Source: Squalus acanthias
Taxonomy: Eukaryota
DNA: 64,000 nt
Direction: 5' to 3'
Assembly: GCA_030390025.1 (NCBI GenBank)
Contig: CM059452.1
Coordinates: 8,742,001-8,806,000, forward strand
A model generated the notes under the pieces. It did not search any database. It was given only the letters and a program-made list of their open reading frames with translations, and was not told the DNA's origin. How positions within the stretch are numbered: the first letter of the stretch is position 1; every line of letters begins with the position of its first letter. The position numbers and the translations under genes were made by a program. Below are positions 47,200 to 58,647 of this stretch, in pieces.

Positions 47200-48476
47200 G
47201 CAGAATTGTGGAAGGCGAATAATGTTTAATACATTAATATTAATACTACAGCATATTGAGTGATATTGGGCAATATTACCGCATTATAATCGTTTGAGTT
47301 ATATTAATTTAACTCTCCTTCAACCTGCAAATTGTTAATTATATAATTCGTAATTTCAGTAACATTTCACCTATTAAATGTGAGCACCGTAAACCATAGA
47401 TTAATAGTTTAATCTGTAATTCTCACTTAAATAAAAACATGCATTAAATTATTTTTAAATGATTTTTGATTTATAAAACCTACTTGTTGTCTGCCTACAA
47501 TCATCTTTCAAACAGTTTAAACAGATCAGAAAACCTGCAGCAGTTCGATGTCACCGAGATTAAACATTGCAGAAACTCCAAACAGTTTCACAAACTTTAG
47601 TTATTCAAAGTAACCCAGGCACACACTCTCCTCAGCAGATAAACAGCAAATCACATCACTGAGGGGCTGAATCCCGCAACAGAACGTTTTGTGGAGAAGC
47701 AGCTTCATTCTATAAACCCTTTCAGCAGAATCAAATGTAACATTGCAAAAAAATCTCAATACAGAATCCAGCGAACCCATCTATCACTGAACGAATTAAT
47801 TATTGAAATAAACAAAAATATAAAATAATGACAGCGGAATTGTGAGTAGACGGATCATGGTTAATAAATTACTATTGATATAGCATATTGTTGTAATATT
47901 GGGTGATATTACTACATATGATAACTTTATTTATATTAATTTAAATCTGATTCAGGCTACAAATTTGTTAATTATGTAGTTATAAATTACAGTAACATTT
48001 CACGTATTGAATATGACCGTTGGTGAACATTAGATTAAAAGCTGACAATGTAAATATCACAAATAAAAATACATTAAAATATCTTAAGATTATTTTTGAC
48101 CGCTAAAGCTTTCTGTTTTCTGCCTACAATCTTATTTCAAACACATTTAGTCACATAATGTTTACATTTGATCAGAAAACCTACAACCATTAGATGTCAC
48201 GGAGATTAAACATTGTAGAAAAGCCAAACAGTTCAACAACCGTTGGGTATTTAAAGTAACCCAGGCGCACAGTCTCATCAGCAGATAAACACCAAATCAC
48301 ATCAATCAGGGGCTCAATCCCTCAGCAACAATTCTTTCTGAAGAAACTGTTTAATTCTATTTTCCCTTTGCAGCAGAATCAAATGCAACAGAGCAAAAAA
48401 TCTCAATACAGAATCCACCGAACCCAAGTTTCAGTGAATGAATGAATTATTGAAATAAACAGAAATATAAAATAAA
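47200..48476. repeat. Tandem ~640-bp duplication immediately 3' of JH, with an older partial copy at ~45700-46100
   Basis: Shared blocks such as 'aaagtaacccaggc..cagcagataaac..aaatcacatca' and 'aatctcaatacagaatcca..tgaaataaaca.aaatataaaataa'. Confidence 0.75.
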
Positions 48477-48518
48477 GGCACAAATACAACAGTTGCTGAA
48501 AGAGTTAATGTTTCTTAC

Positions 48519-48566
48519 CTGCAGTCACCGTCACCATGGTGCCTTGGCCCCAGTAGTCCATGGCGT
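48519..48566 (-). CDS. IGHJ: IgH JH segment
   Basis: AMDYWGQGTMVTVTA with GTAAGA donor. 23-RSS: heptamer 48567-48573, nonamer ACAATAACC at 48597-48605. Confidence 0.97.
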
Positions 48567-48957
48567 CACAGTGTTACATTCCCCGGGCTGGGTCACACAA
48601 TAACCGGCTCTGTGTAAAACAGAGAGAAATCCAACATTAGTTTAAATATTCACATCCCAGAGACAAAGTAAAGTCACGATGGATCTTCATAAAATGATAA
48701 ATGTGTTAATGGATACTTTTCACTCTTTATAAATTCCCTGATGTTTTATATTTCACAGAGTAACCCTTGAACAGTTAATGAAATCACCAACTGATCAATG
48801 ATTAATTATCACAGTTTATCCATGTTAAACTGTGCTAGTGGACAGTGCTGGACACAAATAGGACTTCACTGCATCTACAGTTGGATTGTGAAAGCGACAC
48901 TGACCCAGCCTCACTCAATTAGTGCTGATGGTTTTTGTATTGACAGTAACTGCTGTG

Positions 48958-48970
48958 CCACCCAGTGTAC
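48958..48970 (-). other. IGHD: IgH D2 segment (GTACACTGGGTGG), 12/12 RSS
   Basis: V-side CACAGTG-12-CCAAATACT (48971-48998); J-side CACAGCA-12-ACAAAAACC (48930-48957). Confidence 0.93.
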
Positions 48971-49348
48971 CACAGTGAGACACGCCGTGCCAAATACTCC
49001 GGCGGACTGTTAACAGTAAAATACAGAGATGAAATTCCAGAGCCTCTCAAAACCCTGATTCCGACTCCCCTAAGAGTGCATCAGTGAGATATTTCAGTTT
49101 GTGCTGGTCATTATCTTTATAAAGGGGATTGGAAAACTTCTGAAGCATCTGTGCAGATTTAACACGACAATCAACACTAATAAAGCAGAACACTTTTACA
49201 CATTTTGAGACATCTTCATTCATTTTACCCATTATATTAATTTAAGCCTCATTTTCTCCGCCGCTCCTGCCGTGGCAGTGATCGCAGGTGTGAGCAAACT
49301 CGCTGTCTGGGGTTTTTGTATGAGGAGCTCGCTCTGTACAGCACCGTG

Positions 49349-49362
49349 ACCCACTGTAGTAC
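49349..49362 (-). other. IGHD: IgH D1 segment (GTACTACAGTGGGT), 12/22 RSS
   Basis: V-side CACAGTG-12-ATAAATACT (49363-49390); J-side CACGGTG-22-ACAAAAACC (49311-49348). Confidence 0.93.
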
Positions 49363-49792
49363 CACAGTGACAGGAACCCGCATAAATACTGCACTCACTC
49401 CCTGTTCAGTGCCGCCTCTCAACATTCACTTCAAATAGACATTCACTTCTGATCTAGTTTAGAATTTATCCAACAGTTTACACAACGTATTAGAAAGTGA
49501 ACACAGTCCCAGCCCACTCCCTCCAGGTATCAATCATATTGAAACGAGCATTAACTCCAGCTCTGCCATTGCTGACACTGTGAACAGTAAACATGAGCAC
49601 AGCCAAAACCTCTCTTCAGTACATCGGTTACTGTGCTAGATTTTTACCATTGAATTTTCACTCTGTTAATTCAGTAAGAAGCTGTTAAGATCGCGTTTAA
49701 TACAATTACTGACCGTCAGATTATGATGGAAGTTGTTGAATTTCCCCTCGTTCTGTTCTTGTACGGGTCCAGCCCTGGTTCCTCTCGCTGTG

Positions 49793-50274
49793 ACCCCCAT
49801 CTTGCACAGTAATAGATGGCGGTGTCTTCGGTCCTCAGGTTCGTCATGTCCAAAGCGAAGATGCTGTTTGAAGTGTCTTTGGACGCAGTAAATCGACTCT
49901 GGATCCCTGGGGCGTAGTTATTGCTCGATGACCTGAGGTACTCAAGCAGCCACTCCAGCCCCTGTCCGGGAACCTGTCGGACCCAGAACATCCAGTGGCT
50001 GCCAAGAGTGAACCCGCTGGTTTTACAGGTCAGTCTCAGGGAGCCTCCGGGACTCCCGGTCTCTGCCACTGGCTGAGTCAACACGATATCCGACTGGACA
50101 CCTGTCAAAACAATCAAAAACCCCGAGGATTAATCCTGGAGAAATGATTCCTGACACTGTAACATTCCAGAGTGGGACTAACACTGAGACAGTAACAGTG
50201 AGAGACTTGGACAATAAAAACTACTCACGGGATAAGAAAGCAAGCAACAGACTGAGAGAAATCGCCGACCTCAT
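49793..50274 (-). CDS. IGHV: IgH VH segment of the IgM cluster (leader 50229-50274, V exon 49793-50101)
   Basis: Leader [22 protein letters not shown]...LTCKTSGF...[12 protein letters not shown]...YYCAR. RSS CACAGCG-23-ACAAGAACA at 49754-49792. Confidence 0.97.
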
Positions 50275-50359
50275 CCTCCTGGCAATGTGTGGGAAATGGT
50301 TCTGGCAAGAACTCACTGAGCAAACCCGCTCCCGGACTGTTGTATTCCGGTCCCAGTGA

Positions 50360-50455
50360 CCGGCCATTAAATACCCGGTAGAAGGGGCGAGGTTACAGGC
50401 GCCGCCTATTGATTCCCTGATTGAGGCGGCTACTGGATCCACGTCACACCTTCCA
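50360..50455 (-). promoter_or_regulatory. VH promoter: TATA-like TATTTAAT, CAAT-like motifs and CRE/decamer-like GTGTGACGTG; no octamer seen
   Basis: Motifs at 50366-50373, ~50405-50425 and 50440-50449, upstream of ATG 50274. Confidence 0.6.
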
Positions 50456-52109
50456 CATCACCAAATGGATGGACTTATATCTTTACACTAGTTTATTGTT
50501 AAAGGTGGACTCTGTATCTGTATCAAGGGATAATTATTTGTCTGTATGGTTACAATGCAATATGTTACTTGATACTAAATGGTGATATTGCTGTCGTGAG
50601 TGTGTTTAGTAATAATTAATTACATCGTGGATTGTAAATTAAATCCCTGTATTTCCACACTCTTTCAGAGGTGATGTGAATCTCTAAAATGAAATTACAT
50701 TGTTGGGGTCTAAATTACCTCCAGTACGTGTTTCTCTATCTCTCGCTGTCTATCCCCGCACTCTGTAACAGTACAGTATGACCTATAATATGAATTGCTA
50801 TTGATTTGTGCAACTGAATGCGGGAGATGGGTAATGTGATTCTATTTACAATGTGGATGGCTATAGCTACACGATTTGGGTCCGGAGATGAGTAGAAATA
50901 CAAATGTCTCTGATTGTATTTCTCTAACTGCCCCTGAGTCTGTGACCCAGTCCTTTGAAAATTACCTGTAAAAGTGGTCCGCTTGCCTGATAAATAAGGA
51001 GTGAGCTGACAGAGAAACATAAGAATTTGGGGCCCGCCCGCTTCAGATCAACTTCTGAAAAAGGGAAGCTGGTGAATCAGAACCGATAATGCGATCAGCA
51101 AACCCCGGCATCCAAATCCTTGCAGCAAACTTTAATATCGACCGACTGTATAACATACACTGGTATCAGGAACACAATATATCAGGACATAGCGGTATGT
51201 TACAGCATATCACAAGAATAAACGCTTCATCTCCCGCTGAAACAGATCACAAACTGGGCATTTCTCTGCCCATTGGTAGCCGGGCTCTGAGACGGGTTGT
51301 TTAGGAATTCAAATTAGCACAAATTAAACTGCGCAGTGCGCGGCTGCTAATCAGTAATAAGGGAGCGCTTAGTCTCAATCAGGCTCACAACTCGGAGAAT
51401 ATTCAAGGAAGTGCAGCGGGATCGAGGCAATTCCACCTATTGTTTTATTTACTTTGCGATTCCCACTGATCTCATTGCAGTGTGGGTGTGGGGTCAATAA
51501 AATCTCTCTCCAGCACTTCGTGCAGTGCTGAATAAACCGACTGAATTATCTGGAATTATCTTTATTAGGATTTTTTTAAATTAATTAGCATATGGATCAA
51601 TTTACTTTTTCTGCTCCTATTTTATAATATTGTGAGCAAGGAATTTACCCAAAATCATCCTTTAGATGTTATACCATGTAAAATGTTTCTTTCTTGTAAG
51701 AGCGCTGCTGAATAATTTAATGTTCAAATAGTTAAATCCTATCTTGTTTCCCAATTCATATTCACGCCTATCTGCCCCACACAGTACTTGGCAGCAGCCC
51801 AGCCGACTGCCGTCAGGGAGGCTCGAACACCCAATGTCATTTACAGGAAGCATCTGGGGGTTCTGTGCAGTGAATTAAAGATCTGTTTCCTCAGTGCTGA
51901 CCGCTTGGCTGAAAGCCAACTTCAAACCCTTAACATTGTGAGTGAGGCCTATTGATAAACAAATCTGCCCAGCAACAGTACTGGAGTCAATTTAATGATT
52001 TAGTTGTGTAACTGTGTGTAACTGTTCCCATCTCTCAGGATAGGAAATATATCCAGCTTCTCAGACACCCTGTCAGCAGCAGCAGTCAGCTGGAGGGTCA
52101 GTCCAGCAC

Positions 52110-52304
52110 NNNNNNNNNNNNNNNNNNNNNNNNNNNNNNNNNNNNNNNNNNNNNNNNNNNNNNNNNNNNNNNNNNNNNNNNNNNNNNNNNNNNNNNNNNN
52201 NNNNNNNNNNNNNNNNNNNNNNNNNNNNNNNNNNNNNNNNNNNNNNNNNNNNNNNNNNNNNNNNNNNNNNNNNNNNNNNNNNNNNNNNNNNNNNNNNNNN
52301 NNNN
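52110..52304. other. Assembly gap (N run)
   Basis: Ns. Confidence 1.
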
Positions 52305-54629
52305 GGACCTCAGAGAGAGTATACATTCCGAAATAAATAAGTATGCGTGTTTGCATGGATGGATAGATGGATGTAGCGATGCAGGAATATATGGATTGTT
52401 AGATGTCTGAATATTTAGTAATGGGTCGATGAACGGATTAATGGATGGATGAATGGATGGATGGATGGGCCTGAAAGTTGCTGTTAGAACATAAGAACAT
52501 AAGAAATAGGAGCAGGAGTAGGCCATTCGGCCCATCGAGCCTGCCCCGCCATTCAATAATATCATGGCAGATCTGATCTTGGCCTCAACGCCACTTTCCC
52601 GCTAGCTCCCCATAACCCTTGACTCCCCTGTAGCTCAAGTATATGTCTACATTCTCATCTTTGTGAGTCTCTACTTCCTAGCACGAGGCAATCCCTTTAC
52701 ATTTGTGTCAGTATTGGCGCCTCCAGTCCTTCCTGATTTTCTGTATCGTTTCACTCCATACAGTGTCCATTTCTACCGAGCTGGACATCACGAAGAGAAG
52801 CCTGAAGGTATCCACACGGTACCGATGGTCCTTCTGTGGTGATGGGAAATCTCCATCTCAAAGATATAAAGCGAGCACATGTCTGGGTTGAGAAGAGACA
52901 AGTGTAATATTTGGAGCATGTGGTCCTTTCATGTACAACAAAGCACTCAATATATCCTCACCCGAATTACTTCAATCAATGCGGAAATATAGCAGATCAA
53001 TGTGTACGTCATTTTTCCCTTCGCTACCTAAATCTTTGCTCCTTTGTGAGACTGGTGCAGTCACACCATTCTGAACACACGGATAAAAGGAGCATCAACT
53101 CTGACTTTCTTTACCACCATATAGTCATTGTAAGTCATTGCCGCAGTGAAATATGTCTCGTGGGTTTTGGACATTGTGCTTGCAAATTGAAATACCCTTA
53201 ACTCCTTTAACCGCACTCCCCAGAGCCTTTCCATTCAGTCCAGTCATGCACTGAATTAATTGTTCACCAGTTGGGCGGGTAAGGTCAGTACATCACTGAG
53301 ATGTGCTCAGGTTGATGGGGCCACTGTGATGTAGATATATGGTTAGAGTGGACATGGTACTTCATGCAGACAGAGCTGGGTCAGTGAAGTTGTTGAATTT
53401 GGTGATTTGAATGCTAATTTTGGACAAGATTATAGACTCAACGCTCTATGACATGAGGTTAAAGCAGACTCTTATTTCTCAGAAGGTTGTACTTTTTTGA
53501 GCAACTTGTTCAGGTTCGTGGAGAACTGGTGTAGGGATATATAGACTGGAATAAGGTGCTATTATGGCCATATTTAGAAATTACTTATCCATGTAATTTT
53601 CTGGTCCAAATGTATAGCTTCAAACCCTTTCTTAATGTCCCAAAGTGCTTTAAAATGAATTGTTATTTTTGGTAATGTGATTTTCGGCGAATGGCTCCGA
53701 GGTGACTGATTCCTGATTGACCCCCTCCCCCTTGTACAAGAGGCGCTCTCCCATAATCCAGGGATTAATAATGTGGTTTGTGTACAGTTCCCATTCCCGC
53801 TCAATACCCCACAATCAGGAGTAACAATCTGTCTCTGGGCCAACTAACAGAAATAATGACAGATGGAAGGAGAGAGATTGCCGGACCCATTGTTATTTCG
53901 CAGGAAATCATATTACTAAACAAATATATTTCTCAATACTGTCGGCCTTCATCATATTTTTCAAAGGCTAAGGGATCGAATCGAGTTTTTCTTAATTGTA
54001 AAAGAGTTTTACTGGTGGGAAGAAGGAAAGTCTGATTCCTCTGATTGAGGAGTCTGTAAGCAAAACTTCGCCAAATTAAAATTGTCAATAAGAAAGAGAG
54101 AGGTCAGGAGATTTCTGTATAGGGGGCTGTTGAAGCATTGGAATACTTTGCCACGTTGAATGGCCGAGGCAGAGAATATAAAAGGATGCAGTAATGTATT
54201 GGTAATGTTACTGGATTAGCAATCCCGAGGCCTGGGCTAATAATTAATCAATTAACATCCCACCATGGCATTTCAATTCAGATTTTTAAAAGTTGGAAAT
54301 AAATAACCTGCTATAAGTAAGAATGAGAAACCCCTCTGGGTGAACGTAACTCTGTAAATACGGGATTATGAATCATGTTTAATAAACTCAGGGGCCTGTA
54401 GTAGATGGTGTTTATCAACAGGTGCCGACAGTGATCTTATTGAAACATGAATCATGCAGTGGCCGATGTTGCTGTGCACACAAGTCACTGTCAGCACTGT
54501 CAGAACAAGTCATAACATTGCTATCAATATTGATCATACTCAGATTACTGCTCAGTCCAATTTTAAGAGAACATGTATCCTTAGAAATAAGCTGAAGGAG
54601 AAATAAAGATTGAATTTATTTCAATCCAC

Positions 54630-55150
54630 ACATTAGGAAGGATGTCAAAGTCTTGGAGAGGGTGCAGAGGAGATTTACTGGAATTATACCAGGGATGAGG
54701 GACTTCAGTTATGTGGAGAGACTGGAGAAGCTGGGGTTGTTCTCCTTAGAGCAGATGAAGTTAAAGGGAGTTAAATAGAGGTGTTCAAAATCATGACGTT
54801 TTTTGATAGAGTTGATAGTGAGATATTGTTTCCTCTGGCAGGAGTGTCGGTAACCAAGGGATACAGATTTAAGATAATTGGCAAAAAAACAGCGGGGATA
54901 TGAGGAGATTTTTTTACGCAGCGAGTTGTTATGATGTGGATTGCACTGCCTGAAAGGGTCGCGGAAGCAGATTCTACAGTATCTTTCAAAAGGGAATTGG
55001 ATAAATACTTGAAAGGAAACATTCGCAGGGCTTTGTAGATAGAACAGGCGAGTGGAACTAATTGGTTTAGCTCATTCACAGAGCTGTAATAGGCACAGGC
55101 ACGATGGGCCGAGTGGCCTCCTTCTGTGCCGTAAGATCCCATGATTCTGT
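54630..55150 (+). mobile_element. CR1 LINE 3' fragment
   Basis: ttggagagggtgcagaggagattt...gatgggccgagtggcctccttctgtg; same family as 19610-20125. Confidence 0.85.
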
Positions 55151-55772
55151 GAATTTCAATTGCATTAATCAAAAGTTTTGTAATTGAAATCTTGAAGTTA
55201 CTATTTGTGATATTAGGCTGTGGATGCTTAATGGCAACGGTAATAACCGATGTTTTTTTCAAAATACTGGATATAATATATCACCTGAGCGCATTAAGCA
55301 TTTTAGTAACAGCTTGGCTAAAGTCACTTTATTCTGGTTTCAGAATCAGTAGATTGTGGACTTCACCTCAACTTCAGCACCTGAGCACAATAACTAGGTG
55401 TCCAATCGGTGCAGCACTGAAAAGGAACGACCTTTCCTGAACCAATAATCTCTCCCCGCCCGCCGCACCTTTCTGTTGAAGTGGACATTAAAGCTCCCAG
55501 GGCCCCACAGTTTTTCCGGGACAACATTCCTCCCTTCAACCAAGTTCAACAGAAATACATTAACAGGAATCGAGCCACTTTGCTCTTTTGCTGATCTTTC
55601 TGAGCGCGAATCGGCCACGTTCACCTGTAATTAGTTGCACTTTAAATCCTTTGGGAGCTCCCGCAAAATGTGATGAGGTGGTACATCAATGCAAGGTGTT
55701 TCTTGATATATTAATATCAGAAACAGTAATTGACATAATCATTTTCCCAATAGAAGCAATGGCAAACCTTGG

Positions 55773-55787
55773 TCACCAGGTGGCAGC
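55773..55787 (+). promoter_or_regulatory. CTCF-like motif
   Basis: TCACCAGGTGGCAGC. Confidence 0.45.
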
Positions 55788-55849
55788 GAAACTCGATTGT
55801 TTACATCACACTGAACAGGTGCTGCCTCAGTTATGACTACGCTACAATC

Positions 55850-56425
55850 TGTCCCTATTTATATTACACTAGGCCCTGTCTCTATTTATATTACACTACA
55901 GCCTGCCTCAATTATAACTGCACTAGGACCTGTCTCTGCTTATATTACATTAGACCCTGTCTCATTTATTACTGCACTAGACCCTGTCTCTGTTTATATT
56001 ACACTCGACCCTGTCTCTGTTTATATTACACTGGGCCCTGTCTCTGTTTATATTATACTAGACCCTGTCTCTGTTTATATTACACTAAACCCTGTCTCTG
56101 TTTATAATACACTGGACCCTGTCTCTGTTTATATTATACTAGACCCTGTCTCGCTTTATATTACACTTGGCCCTGTCTCTGTTTATATTATACTAGACCC
56201 TGTCTCTGTTTATATTACACTAAACCCTTTCTCTGTTTGTATTACACTATACCCTGTCTCTGTTTATATTACACTAGACCCTGTCTCTGTTTATATTACA
56301 CTATACCCTGTCTCTGCTTATATTACACTAGACCCTGTCTCTTTTTATATTACACTAGACACTGTCTCTGTTAATATTACACTAAACCCTGTCTCTGTTT
56401 ATATTACACTAGGCCCTGTCTCAGC
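55850..56425. repeat. 27-bp minisatellite, ~21 copies
   Basis: Unit ccctgtctctgtttatattacactaga. Confidence 0.93.
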
Positions 56426-56699
56426 TATCACTGTTCTAGACTATTTGTCTGTTAAATGGATAGATAGGTAATAATATAAATAAAGATATATATGTGAGTG
56501 GGTGGCAGGATGCAATACTTTTTTGGATGGAAGCAGTTGTTTAGTCCTGTTAATAGGTATCAGCTGCTGCGTGCAATTTCTAATTGATCTGGTATTTTGT
56601 CGGTAATATTTGTCTTGAAAGGATGGGGTGAATCTTGGAACAATCTCCCAGAGATGAACTGGGTATGAGGAACAGGACTAATAATAAATACTCAAGTGT

Positions 56700-58350
56700 C
56701 TATAGGGAGGGGGGAACTTCAAGCAATCACTATAACTAAAGAAAAAGTACTCGGTAAAATAATGGGACTAAAGGTGGACTAGTGCCCTGGACCTGATGGC
56801 CTGCCTCCTCGGGTCTTAAAAGAGGTGGCTGCAGAGATAGTGGATGCATTGGTTGCTATCTACCAAAATTCCCTGGATCTGGAGAGTTCCCAGCGGCTTG
56901 GAAAACCGCAAATGTAACGCCCCTATTTCAGAACGGAGGGAGGCAGAAAGCAGGATACTATAAACCAGTTAGCATAACATCTGTCATTGGGAAAATGTTG
57001 GATTCCTTTATTAAGGAAGCAGTAGCAGGACATTTAGAAAATCATAATCCAGTCAAGCAGAGTTAGCATGATTTTATGAAAGGGAAATCATGTTTGACAA
57101 ATTTGCTGCAGTTCTTTGAGGATGTAACGAGCAAGGTGGATTAAGGGGAACCAGTGCATGTGGTGTATTTGGTTTTCCAGAAGGCATTCGATAAGGTGCC
57201 AGATAAAAGGTTATTGCACAAGATAAGAGCTCACGGAGTTGGAGCAAATATATTAGCATGGATAAAGAATTGGTTAACTAACAGATAGCAGAGAGTCGGG
57301 ATAAATGGGTCATTTTCCGGGTGGCAAACGCTAACTAGTTCGATGCCACAGGGATCAGTGCTGGGGCCTTAACTATTTACAATCTATATTAATGAATTGT
57401 ATGAAGGGACCGAGTATAATGTAGCAAATTTGCTGATGATACAAAGATAGGTGCGAAAGCAAGTTGTGTAGAGAACACAAATAATCTGCAAAGGGATATA
57501 GACAGGCTAAGTGAGTGGGAAAACATTGGAGTATAATGTGGAAAAGTGTGAGTTTATCCACTTTGGTAGGAAAAATAAAAAAGCAAATTATTATTTAAAT
57601 GGAGAGATTACAAAATGCTACAGTTCAGAGGGACCTGGGGGTCCTTCTGCGTGAAAGACAAAACGTTAGCATGCAGGTACAGCAAGTAATCAGGAAGGCA
57701 AATGGAATGTTGGCCTTTATTGCAAGGGGGTTGGAGTATAAAAGCAGGGAGGCCCTGCTACAACTGTACAGGGCATTGGTGAGACCACACTTGGAGTACT
57801 GCGTACAGTTTTGGTCTCCTTATTTAAGGAGGGATATATTTGCATTGAACGCAGTTCAGAGAAGTTTCACGAGGTTGATTCTTGAGATGAAGGGGTTGAT
57901 TTATGAAGAAAGGTTGAGCAGGTTGGGCCTATACTCATTGGAGTTTAGAAGAATGAGAGGTGATCATATTGAAACATATAAGATACTGAGGGGCTCGATA
58001 AGATAGATGCAGAGAGGATGTTTCACCTCATGGGGGAATCTAGAACTAGGGGGCACAGTTTCAGAATAAGGGGTCGCCCATTTAAAACTGAGATGAGGAG
58101 GAATTTCTTCTCTCAGAGGGTCGTAAATCTGTGGAATTCTCTGCCCCAGAGAGCTGTGGAGGCTGGGTCATTGAATATATTTAAAGTGGAGATAGACAGA
58201 TTTTTGAACAATAAGGGAGTGAAGGGTTATGGGGAGCGGGCAGTGAAATGGAGCTGAGCCCAAGATCAGATCAGCCATGATCTCATTAAATAGCGGAGCA
58301 GGCTCGAGGGAACAAATGGCCTACTCCTGCTCTTTTTCTAATGTTCTTGT
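56700..58350 (+). mobile_element. Degenerate CR1 LINE (RT region to 3' UTR)
   Basis: Colinear with 23900-25660 but with stops and frameshifts. Confidence 0.92.
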
Positions 58351-58647
58351 AAAGGTGAGCAATATGCACTGCATTTTGCACTACTCAGTGACAAACTCTG
58401 TGCTGTTAAAGTTTACTAATTCACACTTGTGTTATCCTGTGCCAGTTGCTCATAGTTTTTAATGTTATGGATTGTTTTTCCTGCAGTATTTTCTATTGAG
58501 CTTTCACGTGACAGACTGATTGTGTGACAGAGCCTGGAACAGTGACCTCACAGCATCGCCGGATGGGCTGCCGCAGGGTCCTAATGTCCACTGAGTTCAT
58601 TTACTCACATCTGGTTACGAGGAACAACTGAAAATAGCGCACACGGA

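Noticed and set aside
29720-50274. IgW, IgNAR or NAR-TCR identity, or a germline-joined cluster
   Set aside because: Four C exons, an IgM-type tailpiece, a conventional VH with CDR2 and WVRQ/GLEW, and separate V, D1, D2, J with intact RSSs indicate unrearranged IgM.
55769-56471. 212-aa and 112-aa repetitive ORFs (LDPVSVYIT)n
   Set aside because: By-product of a 27-bp repeat lacking stops in some frames; no splice or promoter support.
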